Assembly: GCA_045656445.1 (NCBI GenBank)
Contig: JAZORD010000042.1
Span: 1-53,326, forward strand
Origin: Eubacteriales bacterium
GTDB taxonomy: Bacteria > Bacillota > Clostridia > Oscillospirales > CAG-272
Reading direction: 5' to 3'
Length of the DNA stretch: 53,326 bases
The notes below the pieces were generated by a model. The model was not told the DNA's origin. It worked only from the letters and a program-made list of their open reading frames with translations, and made no database searches. Each line of letters opens with the position of its first letter. Position 1 is the stretch's first letter. Shown here one piece after another: positions 30,603 through 40,655 of this stretch. A program made the position numbers and the translations under genes.

Positions 30603-32018
30603 ATGATGTCGACAAAAGCACGAAAAAATTTTATAATGCGAGCTGAGATAAAGGCTTCTGTTTGGTATATTCTTTCAAGCACACTCTCTCGCGGAGTTAC
30701 ACTCCTCGCAACACCCATTTTTACAAGGCTGCTTACGCCTGAGCAATACGCAACCTATCCTCTGTACGTCAGTTATATGGGTATATTTACCGTCCTTGCC
30801 ACCTTTGAGATACCGGGCTCTATAACCTACAGCGGACTTTCACGCTTCGGCGAGGAGGGTACGCGCGGCTTTATGCTCTCCGCACTCTTAGCCGAGATTC
30901 TGCTTTCCTTAGCATTTCTGTCGCTCTATTTGCCGCTCAGGAATGCTATAAATTCAATAACGGGTATGGGGACGACTCTTACTCTTATTTTGATACTGCA
31001 GGTTTTTCTCAATTCGGCAGAGAGCCTGTATTTTTCAAAAAAACGCTTCTTTGGCGCTTACAGATGGGTGACGCTGGTAAACAGCGCAGTAGGAATACTG
31101 ACTCCTCTTTTATCCATACTTCTAATCAAATCAGGACTTACAGGCGGCGCGAGAATAATATCTCAGCTCGCGGTGTCTACTTTACTTGTGAGCTACGCTA
31201 TTTATAAAACAGTGTCAGAGGGGCGCGGTCTTATTCGGGGTAAATATTTCCGTTATATATTCGGTCTTGCCGTTCCGATGCTTCCGCATTATCTTGCGCT
31301 TTCCGTAACGACGGGGATAGATAAAATAATGATATCCTCGCTTCTTGGGGCAGATGCGCTGGGTAAATATTCAGCAGCGTTTTCCGTCGGCTTCATTATT
31401 TCAATCGTAGGTAGCGGTATTCAAATGGCTCTTTCACCGTGGATAATAAAAAGAACGGTTAAGGGCAGCACGGAGGGCGTAAGAGAAGCGCTTCTTGCCT
31501 CGCAGTCGCTGCTTTCGGTAATTACGATGCTGTTTTTATGCGTTGCGCCTGAAATTTTCCGTATATTTACGGGTGCCGCCTATCAAGAAGCTCTCGGCGT
31601 CATCTATCCGGTTGCGATAAGCTCTTTATTCAGCTTTTCCTCCACCTTGTGCGTGAGCGCATCGGTAAAGCTCGGCAAAGCCCGCGGGGTAACCGCGGTT
31701 ACGCTTCAAACTATGCTTCTTTCGGTAGGGTTAAATTACCTCCTTATAAGCAGGGTCGGTTATATAGGCGGTGCAATTGCAGCTCTGTTAGCTTCGGTTG
31801 CGAGATTTTTCTTAAACTTTTCCCTATTATGTAAAGAAGAATCAAGAGAGTCCTTAAAAGTAAAGTCTTATTTGCAAAATTTATGTTTTGTAGCGGTGTT
31901 TGGAATTGTGCTTTATGCTCTCAAATCGGTATCCGTGTCAAGAATTATGATGTTTTTAGCACTCTCTTTAATTCTTTTATCCCTTTTGACAAAATACAAA
32001 AAGCTTTTGCGTGGTTAA
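30603..32018 (+). CDS. Wzx/MOP-family oligosaccharide flippase (start may be 30636)
   Basis: KASVWY...TPIFTRLLTPEQY, PMLPH...DKIMI...GKYS; many TM segments. Confidence 0.8.
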   Translation: MMSTKARKNFIMRAEIKASVWYILSSTLSRGVTLLATPIFTRLLTPEQYATYPLYVSYMGIFTVLATFEIPGSITYSGLSRFGEEGTRGFMLSALLAEILLSLAFLSLYLPLRNAINSITGMGTTLTLILILQVFLNSAESLYFSKKRFFGAYRWVTLVNSAVGILTPLLSILLIKSGLTGGARIISQLAVSTLLVSYAIYKTVSEGRGLIRGKYFRYIFGLAVPMLPHYLALSVTTGIDKIMISSLLGADALGKYSAAFSVGFIISIVGSGIQMALSPWIIKRTVKGSTEGVREALLASQSLLSVITMLFLCVAPEIFRIFTGAAYQEALGVIYPVAISSLFSFSSTLCVSASVKLGKARGVTAVTLQTMLLSVGLNYLLISRVGYIGGAIAALLASVARFFLNFSLLCKEESRESLKVKSYLQNLCFVAVFGIVLYALKSVSVSRIMMFLALSLILLSLLTKYKKLLRG

Positions 32019-32104
32019 CCGTAATACGCGGCAGCGGAGCTTAAATACGTTTGCTAAATCCCTCTAATATTTAAAATATATGATAAAATATATTATGTAA
32101 ATGC

Positions 32105-32133
32105 TTGACAAGACATTTTATTTGTGATAATAT
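32105..32133 (+). promoter_or_regulatory. Sigma-A promoter for the thrS leader
   Basis: TTGACA-17 bp-TAATAT with TG extension. Confidence 0.7.
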
Positions 32134-32140
32134 ATTTTCC

Positions 32141-32340
32141 AGTGGAACACGTCGCCGTGACACGCTTCGCACAGAGAGCCGCCGACAGCTGAAAAGGCGG
32201 ACCCAGCGACCCGGATGATACCGCCCACGCGCCATAGGCGAAAATTTTATATAATGAGTTAATCGCTCGGGTGGAACCGTGCGGGACTTTGTCCTCACCC
32301 CGAATGCCTTTTTGGCTTTCGACGTGGGGTTTTTTGTTTT
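32141..32340 (+). ncRNA. T-box riboswitch (Thr)
   Basis: AGAGA and GCTGAA stem I motifs, likely ACC specifier at 32220-32222, GGTGGAACCGTG T-box near 32270, hairpin plus T-run terminator, upstream of thrS. Confidence 0.9.
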
Positions 32341-32367
32341 GTTAATACAATCAAGGAGAAATATATT

Positions 32368-34311
32368 ATGTCAAAAATCAAGTTTTCATCCGGCGAGGTC
32401 TACGAATTTTCAGGCGAGGTTTCGGTTTACGAGGCGGCGCAGGCACTCGGTATAATTTCAAGAGAGGTACTAACCTGCCGTGTGAACGGTGTACTCACCG
32501 AGCTTTCGACAAAGGTGGTAGAGGATGCCGACGTTACCCTCTATACCTACCGCGACAAAGAAGGGAAAGAGGTTTTCCGTCATACTGCGGCGCACATTAT
32601 GGCTCAGGCTGTTAAAAGACTTTACCCTAACACCAAGCAGACGATAGGTCCTGCTACCGAAACGGGATTTTTCCAGGATTTTGATTCCGAGGTATCCTTT
32701 ACTCCCGAAATACTCAAGAATATTGAGGCGGAGATGAAGAAAATCGTTAAGGAAAACCTTCTTATTGAAAAGAGCGTGCTTTCAAAGGACGAGGCAATAA
32801 AGCTTATGACAGAGCTTGACGAGCCCTACAAGGTTGAGCGCATTACGGAGCTTGGCGACGACGCCACACTCACGTTCTACAAGCAGGGCGAGTATATCGA
32901 CCTTTGCCAAGGTCCGCACCTTCACACAACTGGCGCTGTCAAGGCGTTTAAGCTTACGCAGTGCACCGGCGCATACTACAAGGGCGACCAGAACAACAAG
33001 ATGCTTCAGAGAGTATACGGCATAGCGTTTCCGACAAAGGACGAGCTTAACGCTTACGTTACGGCGCAGGAAGAGGCTCTTAAGCGTGACCACAACAAAA
33101 TCGGACGCGAGCTTGAGTATTTCACAACCATTGATTCCGTAGGTCAAGGTCTTCCCATTCTTCTGCCGAAGGGCGCGAGAACTATCCAGCGTCTTCAAAG
33201 ATGGGTAGAGGACGAGGAGGAAAAGAGGGGTTATCTTCTTACAAAGACTCCTCTTATGGCAAAGCGCGAGCTTTATAAGATTTCGGGCCACTGGGACCAC
33301 TACCTTGACGGTATGTTCGTTATGGGCGACCCCGACGACTATACCAAGGAATGCTTTGCGCTCCGTCCTATGACCTGCCCCTTCCAATATCAAGTATATC
33401 TTAACAAAAAGCGCTCATACAGAGAGCTTCCAATGCGCCTTGGCGAGACCTCGACGCTTTTCAGAAACGAGGATTCGGGCGAGATGCACGGTCTTATAAG
33501 AGTCCGTCAGTTTACAATTTCCGAGGGACATCTCATTCTCCGTCCTGAGCAGCTTGCAGAGGAATTCAAGGGCTGTCTTGAGCTTGCAAAGCACGTGCTT
33601 GAAACCGTCGGTCTTTGGGAGGACTGCACCTTCCGTTTCTCTCAGTGGGACCCCAAGAGAACCGACAAGTACGAGGGCACACCTGAGCAGTGGAACGAGG
33701 CGCAGGCAATCATGGGTGAGCTTCTTGACAAGCTCCTCGGACGCGAAAACTACGCTATCGGTATTGACGAGGCTGCATTCTACGGTCCTAAGCTCGATAT
33801 ACAGTGCAAAAACGTATTCGGCAAAGAGGATACGATTGTTACAATTCAGATAGATATGCTTCTTGCTAAAAAATTCGGTATGGAATACGTTGACCGTGAC
33901 AATACTATGAAGACACCCTATATAATTCACCGCACCTCCCTTGGTTGCTACGAAAGAACGCTTGCGCTTCTTCTTGAAAAGTATGCGGGCGCACTTCCCG
34001 TTTGGCTTGCACCGACACAGGCTGTGGTAATTCCCGTAGTTGCGGATTTCGCAGATTATGCACAAGAGGTTACAAATACCCTTAAATCTCTTGGTGTGCG
34101 CGCAGAGCTTGACGACAGAAACGAGAAGCTCGGTTACAGAATACGCGAGGCTCAGCTTTCCAAGGTTCCCTATATGCTCGTCGTCGGCGAGGACGAGAAA
34201 AATGCGCGCGCGGTAACCGTTCGCGCAAGAGTTGAAGGCGAGGGCGGAAAGTTTACTCTTGAGGAATTCGCACGCAAGATTTGTGAGGAAATCGCCACTA
34301 AAAAACGTTGA
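32368..34311 (+). CDS. thrS: Threonyl-tRNA synthetase
   Basis: HTAAH editing motif, RDHNKIG, SGHWDHY, RPMTCP, GLIRVRQF, AFYGPKLD, IIHR. Confidence 0.97.
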   Translation: MSKIKFSSGEVYEFSGEVSVYEAAQALGIISREVLTCRVNGVLTELSTKVVEDADVTLYTYRDKEGKEVFRHTAAHIMAQAVKRLYPNTKQTIGPATETGFFQDFDSEVSFTPEILKNIEAEMKKIVKENLLIEKSVLSKDEAIKLMTELDEPYKVERITELGDDATLTFYKQGEYIDLCQGPHLHTTGAVKAFKLTQCTGAYYKGDQNNKMLQRVYGIAFPTKDELNAYVTAQEEALKRDHNKIGRELEYFTTIDSVGQGLPILLPKGARTIQRLQRWVEDEEEKRGYLLTKTPLMAKRELYKISGHWDHYLDGMFVMGDPDDYTKECFALRPMTCPFQYQVYLNKKRSYRELPMRLGETSTLFRNEDSGEMHGLIRVRQFTISEGHLILRPEQLAEEFKGCLELAKHVLETVGLWEDCTFRFSQWDPKRTDKYEGTPEQWNEAQAIMGELLDKLLGRENYAIGIDEAAFYGPKLDIQCKNVFGKEDTIVTIQIDMLLAKKFGMEYVDRDNTMKTPYIIHRTSLGCYERTLALLLEKYAGALPVWLAPTQAVVIPVVADFADYAQEVTNTLKSLGVRAELDDRNEKLGYRIREAQLSKVPYMLVVGEDEKNARAVTVRARVEGEGGKFTLEEFARKICEEIATKKR

Positions 34312-34325
34312 TAGGAATTTGTGAT

Positions 34326-35210
34326 ATGAAAACTTGCACGATAAAGAACGAATACTACACCATTACGGTTTCCAATCTCGGCGCTGAGCTTATCTCTTTG
34401 AAGACGGCAAGCGGATTCGAGTGCCTTTGGCAAAATAGCGATGGTAAGTTCTGGGATTCTCACGCGCCGTTGCTTTTTCCCGTTTGCGGCAGGCTTCTTA
34501 ATCAAAAATACACCTTTAGGGGAAATGAATATGAGATGGGGCTTCACGGCTTCCTTAAAGATTTTGAATTCGCCGTTGCCTCAAAGGAAGGCAGTCATAT
34601 CACTATGACACTTTCTGCAAGCGAGGCTACGAAGAAGATTTATCCCTTTGATTTTACCGCTATTGCTGATTACGAGCTTTGCGGTGAAGAAATTATATTT
34701 TCCTTTAAGATAAAAAACAACGGCAATTGCGATATGCCGTATATGTTCGGCTGGCACCCCGGATTTAATCTGCCGACCGGAGATGGACTTGATATAAACG
34801 ACTACAAGCTATGCTTTGACGGCCTTAGCGAGCTTGTGTGGCATCCTTTGCAGAACGGCCCGTTTTTTTCTCCGAGAAGAGAAAGATATCCTCTTACAAG
34901 CGGCGCGTATCAGTTAAATGAGGCGGAAATATACGCAAACGATACTATGATTTTCACAGGGCACAAGAACACGCTTAAAATGTGCGCCGATGGGCATCCG
35001 TACGAGCTTTTCCTGTCGTGGAGCGATAACCTTCCCTATCTTTGCGTATGGAAGGAGGACTCCAACGCGGCTAAGTTTATATGCCTTGAGCCCTGGAGCG
35101 ACGTTCCCGGTGACGGAGTCACAGAGGAGAATTTTGATACCCGCAACATGCATCGCGTTTCTCCCGGAAAGAGCGAAACCTATGCTTACAGGCTTAAGAT
35201 TAAGCATTAA
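34326..35210 (+). CDS. Aldose 1-epimerase family protein (LacX-like)
   Basis: GAELISL, PLLFPVCGR, HGF, YPFDF, GWHPGF, FICLEPW. Confidence 0.88.
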   Translation: MKTCTIKNEYYTITVSNLGAELISLKTASGFECLWQNSDGKFWDSHAPLLFPVCGRLLNQKYTFRGNEYEMGLHGFLKDFEFAVASKEGSHITMTLSASEATKKIYPFDFTAIADYELCGEEIIFSFKIKNNGNCDMPYMFGWHPGFNLPTGDGLDINDYKLCFDGLSELVWHPLQNGPFFSPRRERYPLTSGAYQLNEAEIYANDTMIFTGHKNTLKMCADGHPYELFLSWSDNLPYLCVWKEDSNAAKFICLEPWSDVPGDGVTEENFDTRNMHRVSPGKSETYAYRLKIKH

Positions 35211-35255
35211 AAAAATACGGGGGCGAAAACGCCCCCTGTAAGATGAGAAGGAATA

Positions 35256-36989
35256 ATGAAAAAGCTTCTTAAGAAAAATCTTTTTACATATATGAAGGAT
35301 TACAAAAAGGAGTCGGTGCTGGGACCGCTTTTCAAGCTGTTCGAAGCTACGCTGGAGCTTATAGTACCGCTTGTTATTGCCGCTATAATAGATAACGGCA
35401 TAGGTAGAGGCGATAGAGGCTACGTCGTTAAAATGTGCCTTTTGCTCGTGCTTCTTGGCGCTGCGGGGCTCGCCTTTTCAGCTACGGCTCAATATTTTGC
35501 CGCTAAGGCTTCTGTTGGCTACGTCACGAAGCTGCGCTACGCCCTTTTTGCCCATTTGCAGACTCTTTCCTATACCGAGATAGATACCGTCGGCACATCA
35601 ACTATGATAACTAGGATGACCTCGGACACAAATCAGATACAGTCGGGGCTCAATCTTGCATTAAGGCTATTGCTTCGTTCTCCCTTTGTCGTTTTCGGAG
35701 CTATGATAATGGCGTTTACAATAGACGTAAGGTCTGCATTAACCTTTGCTGCGGTTATCCCCGCCCTCTCGGTCGTGGTTTTTGGAATAATGCTTGTTTC
35801 GATGCCGCTTTATAAAAAGACTCAGGCAAGGGTTGACAGAGTGCTCAGTAAAACGCGCGAAAATCTTTCGGGCGTAAGAGTTATCCGCGCCTTTTGCCGC
35901 GAGGATGAGGAAAGACGCGAGTTTTCCGAAAGAAACCGTGAGCTTACCGAAACGCAGAAATTCGTTGGCGGAATATCAGCGCTGACAAACCCTCTGACTT
36001 ATATACTGATAAACCTTGCTATAGTCTGGCTTATAGACATCGGCGCTATGCAGGTAAATGCGGGGATGCTTACTCAGGGCACGGTTATAGCTCTTTATAA
36101 CTATATGTCGCAGATACTCGTTGAGCTTATAAAGCTTGCCAATCTGATTATAACGATAACAAAGGCGCTTGCTTCATCCGCAAGAATACAGTCGGTATTT
36201 GAGATTGAAAGCTCGATTAAGAGCGGAAAAGAGCTTGCGGGTACAGATTCGCAATACGCAGTTGAGTTTTCCTCTGTTACTCTTCAGTATAAAAATTCCG
36301 GTGCTCCGTCACTTCAAAACATTTCATTTAAGGTTAAAAAAGGTGACACGGTAGGTGTCATAGGCGGCACAGGGTCGGGCAAAAGCTCTCTTGTAAATCT
36401 TATTTCGCGCTTTTATGACGCAAGCGAGGGCATAGTCTTTATTGACGGGGCTGACATACGCACATACAACACCGAAGCCATCAGAGAGAGGATTGGCGTC
36501 GTGCCTCAGCGAGCCGTGCTTTTCTCCGGCACGGTGCGTGACAATATGCGCTGGGGAAACCCCAACGCCACCGACGAGGAAATTTACCATGCGCTAAGGA
36601 TAAGTCAGGCATCTGACGTGGTAAGGGATAAGGGCGGTCTTGATTTTGTCGTGGAAGAGGGAGGCGCAAACCTCTCGGGCGGTCAGAAGCAGAGGCTTAC
36701 TATTGCAAGAGCACTGCTCAAAAATCCCGACATTCTGATACTTGACGATTCTGCCTCGGCTCTTGACTTTGCAACCGATGCGGCGTTAAGGAAGGCAATT
36801 CGCGAGAATATGGATAGCAAGACGGTGTTTATTGTGTCTCAGAGAGCCTCATCAATTATGTATGCGGACAAGATAATAGTGCTTGATGACGGCGAAGCTG
36901 TCGGAGTTGGTACTCACAGCGAGCTTCTCAAAACCTGCCCTGTCTACCGCGAAATCTACAGCTCGCAGTTTGAGGAGGATGCCGTATGA
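35256..36989 (+). CDS. ABC exporter TMD-NBD subunit (degenerate site)
   Basis: GGTGSGKS, LSGGQKQR, Walker B LDDS lacking Glu, switch SQR. Confidence 0.93.
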   Translation: MKKLLKKNLFTYMKDYKKESVLGPLFKLFEATLELIVPLVIAAIIDNGIGRGDRGYVVKMCLLLVLLGAAGLAFSATAQYFAAKASVGYVTKLRYALFAHLQTLSYTEIDTVGTSTMITRMTSDTNQIQSGLNLALRLLLRSPFVVFGAMIMAFTIDVRSALTFAAVIPALSVVVFGIMLVSMPLYKKTQARVDRVLSKTRENLSGVRVIRAFCREDEERREFSERNRELTETQKFVGGISALTNPLTYILINLAIVWLIDIGAMQVNAGMLTQGTVIALYNYMSQILVELIKLANLIITITKALASSARIQSVFEIESSIKSGKELAGTDSQYAVEFSSVTLQYKNSGAPSLQNISFKVKKGDTVGVIGGTGSGKSSLVNLISRFYDASEGIVFIDGADIRTYNTEAIRERIGVVPQRAVLFSGTVRDNMRWGNPNATDEEIYHALRISQASDVVRDKGGLDFVVEEGGANLSGGQKQRLTIARALLKNPDILILDDSASALDFATDAALRKAIRENMDSKTVFIVSQRASSIMYADKIIVLDDGEAVGVGTHSELLKTCPVYREIYSSQFEEDAV

Positions 36990-38737
36990 AAAATCAAAAG
37001 AATCAACGCACCCTCTCAAAAGTTTTGAGGTATATAGGAAAATATAAGCTCCTGTTACCCATCTCTATGCTTCTTGCGCTCATCACCGTAGCCCTCACCT
37101 TATACGTACCCAAGCTAATCGGCGACGCCATTGACCTTATCGTAGGAAAGGGCGAGGTTGATTTTGCAGGAGTTGCCAGAATACTCGGTTTTGCGATAGC
37201 GCTGATACTTATAACCGCTCTCGCTCAATGGTTAATGAGCGCTATAAACAATAAGGTTGCATACAGCGTTGCTTCTGACGTAAGACGCGACGCCTTTGAT
37301 AAAATTGAAAAGCTTCCGCTTTCCTATCTTGACGGAAAATCCGAGGGAGAGCTCGTTAACCGCGTGATAAACGACACAGAGCAGTTTTCAGAGGGACTTC
37401 TACTTGGATTTACTCAGCTTTTCACAGGTGTTCTCACTATCCTAGGAACGCTGGGACTCCTTATTGCTATAAACTGGAAGGTAGCCATAGTGGTAGTCGT
37501 CCTGACTCCTATTTCGCTTTTTATAGCTAAGTTCATCGGTTCAAAAACCTACGATATGTTCAAGCTCCAATCAAAAACCAAGGGAGAACAAACATCCCTC
37601 ATAAACGAGATGCTTACAAACCAAAAGGTTGTCGTAGCCTTCTCTCACGAGGATGAGGCTCTTGCGGAATTTGAAGAGGTCAACGACAGGCTTGGCGCAG
37701 CATCGCTTCGCGCGATATTCTTCTCCTCACTCACAAATCCTACCACAAGATTCGTATACAGCATCGTATATGCCGCAACGGCTCTCGTGGGCGCGCTTAT
37801 GGTAATCGGCACGGGCGGCAGCTTTACCGTGGGCGAGCTTTCGGCTCTGCTCGCTTACGCCAACCAATATACAAAGCCGTTTAACGATATCTCCGGCGTT
37901 ATCACTGAGTTTCAAAATTCACTTGCCTGCGCGTCGCGGGTTTTTGAGCTTATTGAGGAGGAGCCGGAGCTTCCCGACTCTATACACGCCTTAAGGCTTA
38001 AAAAGGTTGACGGGGATGTTCTGCTTTCCGACGTTTCCTTTTCGTATACGAAGGATGTTCCGCTTATCGAAAATCTAAGCCTTTCGGTAAAGCCGGGTCA
38101 AAGGGTTGCAATAGTCGGTCCTACGGGATGCGGAAAAACCACCCTCATAAACCTTCTTATGCGGTTTTACGACGTTAAGGACGGCAGCATTTTGCTTGAC
38201 GGCAACGACATCAGAAGGGTGACACGACGCTCACTGCGTAAAAACTACGGAATGGTGCTTCAGGATACCTGGCTTTCTGGCGGCACCGTCAGGGATAATA
38301 TAAAATTCGGCAAGCCCGACGCCACAGACGAAGAGGTCATAAGCGCGGCAAAGGCGTCGCACGCTCATAGCTTTATAAAAAGGCTGAAAAACGGCTACGA
38401 TACCGTTTTAAGTGAGGGCGGCGGAAATCTTTCACAAGGACAAAGGCAGCTTTTATCTATTACAAGGGTAATGCTCACCCTGCCCCCTATGCTCATACTT
38501 GACGAGGCAACCTCTTCTATTGACACGAGAACCGAAATTAAGATTCAGGACGCATTCTCAAAAATGATGAAGGGGCGCACGAGCTTCATCGTAGCGCACA
38601 GGCTTTCAACTGTTAAGGACGCTGACATTATCCTCGTTATGCGTGACGGACACATCGTGGAACAGGGCTCACACACCGAGCTTTTAGCAAAGGGCGGCTT
38701 CTATTCCGAGCTTTACAAAAGTCAGTTCGCGCATTAG
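36986..38737 (+). CDS. ABC exporter TMD-NBD subunit (partner of the heterodimer)
   Basis: GPTGCGKT, LSQGQRQ, LDEATS, AHRL; ATGA overlap with previous gene. Confidence 0.93.
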   Translation: MKNQKNQRTLSKVLRYIGKYKLLLPISMLLALITVALTLYVPKLIGDAIDLIVGKGEVDFAGVARILGFAIALILITALAQWLMSAINNKVAYSVASDVRRDAFDKIEKLPLSYLDGKSEGELVNRVINDTEQFSEGLLLGFTQLFTGVLTILGTLGLLIAINWKVAIVVVVLTPISLFIAKFIGSKTYDMFKLQSKTKGEQTSLINEMLTNQKVVVAFSHEDEALAEFEEVNDRLGAASLRAIFFSSLTNPTTRFVYSIVYAATALVGALMVIGTGGSFTVGELSALLAYANQYTKPFNDISGVITEFQNSLACASRVFELIEEEPELPDSIHALRLKKVDGDVLLSDVSFSYTKDVPLIENLSLSVKPGQRVAIVGPTGCGKTTLINLLMRFYDVKDGSILLDGNDIRRVTRRSLRKNYGMVLQDTWLSGGTVRDNIKFGKPDATDEEVISAAKASHAHSFIKRLKNGYDTVLSEGGGNLSQGQRQLLSITRVMLTLPPMLILDEATSSIDTRTEIKIQDAFSKMMKGRTSFIVAHRLSTVKDADIILVMRDGHIVEQGSHTELLAKGGFYSELYKSQFAH

Positions 38738-38747
38738 TTTTACAAAG

Positions 38748-38784
38748 AAAACTCCCACAGCCGTAACGGTTTGCGGGAGTTTTT
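38748..38784. terminator. Bidirectional intrinsic terminator
   Basis: AAAACTCCC...GGGAGTTTT between convergent ABC and typA genes. Confidence 0.8.
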
Positions 38785-38802
38785 GTTTTACTATTTATAT
38801 TT

Positions 38803-40638
38803 TTATTTGAGCGCAGCTCTTTTTTGCGCCTGCAGTCTTTTTCTTGCAGGAGTGTCAAGAACTACCTTGCGGAGTCTTATGCTCTTCGGAGTAACCTCGA
38901 TAAGCTCGTCCTCGGTTATAAACTCAATTGCTTCCTCAAGTGAGAGCTGTACGGGAGTTATAAGGGTAAGCTTTTCGTCAGCACCGGATGAACGAATTGC
39001 TGTGAGATGCTTTTCACGGCAGACGTTCACCTCAATATCGTCAGGCTTCGGGTTTTCTCCTACTATCATACCCTCGTAAACAGGAGTTGCAGGACCGATA
39101 AAGAGCGGGCCTCTGTCCTGCGCCTGAAAGAGTCCGTAGGTTGTGGACGTTCCGGTTTCTGATGCCACAAGAGAGGATGTGAAGCGCGTTTTTATCTCAC
39201 CGCGGAATGGCTCGTAGCCTGCGAAAAGAGTTGATATAATTCCCTCTCCTCTCGTATCGGTGAGAAGCTCACTTCTGTAACCGAAAAGGCATCTTGTGGG
39301 AATTGAATAGAAGAGCTTTTGACGCGTTCCGTTAAGCTGCATATCAACGAGAGTTCCGCGTCTTGAGCCAAGCTTTTCCATAACAGCTCCGAGATACTCC
39401 TCGGGAACGTCTATTATAACGTCCTCTATCGGCTCGCATTTAACGCCGTCAATTTCCTTATACAAAACTCTTGGGTTTGAGCAGCACAGCTCATATCCCT
39501 CGCGGCGCATATTTTCGACCAGTATTGAAAGGTGCATCTCGCCTCTTCCCGCCACTCTGAAGCTATCGGTGGTGTCACCGTCGGTAACACGCAGCGAAAC
39601 GTCACGCAAAAGCTCTCTGTAAAGTCGCGCGCGCAGATGCCGTGAGGTGACAAATTTACCCTCTTTTCCTGCGAAGGGAGAATCGTTTACCGAGAAGGTC
39701 ATCTCCATCGTAGGCTCACCGACCTTAACAAACTCAACCGGCTCAACGAGCGCAGGGGAGCAAACTGTGTCGCCTATTGATATATCCTCACAGCCGGAGA
39801 AGCAGACGATATCGCCAACCATAGCTTCCGAAACCTGCGTTTTTTTAAGTCCGTCAAACTGGTAAAGAGAGACTATCTTGGCGGGTCTGGATTTGGCGTT
39901 TTTATCGTGATAGTTGCATATTGCTACGCCCTGCCCCTGCTTGATAGATCCTCGCTCTATGCGTCCGATTCCTATTCTGCCGACAAACTCGTTATAGTCG
40001 ATTGATGAAACGAGAAGCTGAAGGGGGTCGTCCTCCTCACCCTCCGGCGCCGGCATATATTCAAGTATAGTATCAAGAAGCGGTTTTAGGTCGGTGCCGG
40101 GGGTATGAGGGTCAAGAGATGCCGTGCCCGCCCTGCCGGAGCAAAAGAGCATCGGAGAGTCGAGCTGCTCATTAGTGGCGTTAAGCTCAAGCAGTAACTC
40201 AAGCACCTCGTCACCTATTTCGTCAAGACGCGCGTCTGGTCTGTCTATTTTATTAACGACGACTATAACCCTGTGGTCCATTGCGAGTGCTTTTTCAAGA
40301 ACAAACCGCGTCTGCGGCATCGGTCCTTCAGCCGCATCGACCAGCAGGATAACTCCGTTTACCATTTTTAAGATTCGCTCGACCTCACCGCCGAAATCAG
40401 CGTGTCCCGGAGTGTCGATGACGTTGATTTTTACGTCCTTATAATATATTGCCGTGTTTTTTGCGAGTATGGTTATTCCGCGTTCACGTTCAAGATCGTT
40501 TGAATCCATTACGCGATCCGCCATTTCCTGATTTTCTCTGTATATTCCGCCTTGCCTGAGCATTTCGTCGACAAGGGTGGTTTTTCCGTGGTCAACGTGA
40601 GCTATGATAGCAATGTTTCTGAGATCTGTGCGCTTCAT
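38803..40638 (-). CDS. typA: Translational GTPase TypA/BipA
   Basis: AHVDHGKTT, ERERGITILAKN, DTPGHADF, NKID, GRGEMHL, EVTPKSIRLRK. Confidence 0.98.
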   Translation of the reverse strand: MKRTDLRNIAIIAHVDHGKTTLVDEMLRQGGIYRENQEMADRVMDSNDLERERGITILAKNTAIYYKDVKINVIDTPGHADFGGEVERILKMVNGVILLVDAAEGPMPQTRFVLEKALAMDHRVIVVVNKIDRPDARLDEIGDEVLELLLELNATNEQLDSPMLFCSGRAGTASLDPHTPGTDLKPLLDTILEYMPAPEGEEDDPLQLLVSSIDYNEFVGRIGIGRIERGSIKQGQGVAICNYHDKNAKSRPAKIVSLYQFDGLKKTQVSEAMVGDIVCFSGCEDISIGDTVCSPALVEPVEFVKVGEPTMEMTFSVNDSPFAGKEGKFVTSRHLRARLYRELLRDVSLRVTDGDTTDSFRVAGRGEMHLSILVENMRREGYELCCSNPRVLYKEIDGVKCEPIEDVIIDVPEEYLGAVMEKLGSRRGTLVDMQLNGTRQKLFYSIPTRCLFGYRSELLTDTRGEGIISTLFAGYEPFRGEIKTRFTSSLVASETGTSTTYGLFQAQDRGPLFIGPATPVYEGMIVGENPKPDDIEVNVCREKHLTAIRSSGADEKLTLITPVQLSLEEAIEFITEDELIEVTPKSIRLRKVVLDTPARKRLQAQKRAALK

Positions 40639-40655
40639 TTTATACCTCTTTTGTC

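Noticed and set aside
35256-38737. Non-canonical Walker B and switch residues in the first ABC subunit as a defect
   Set aside because: This is the normal degenerate site of heterodimeric ABC exporters.
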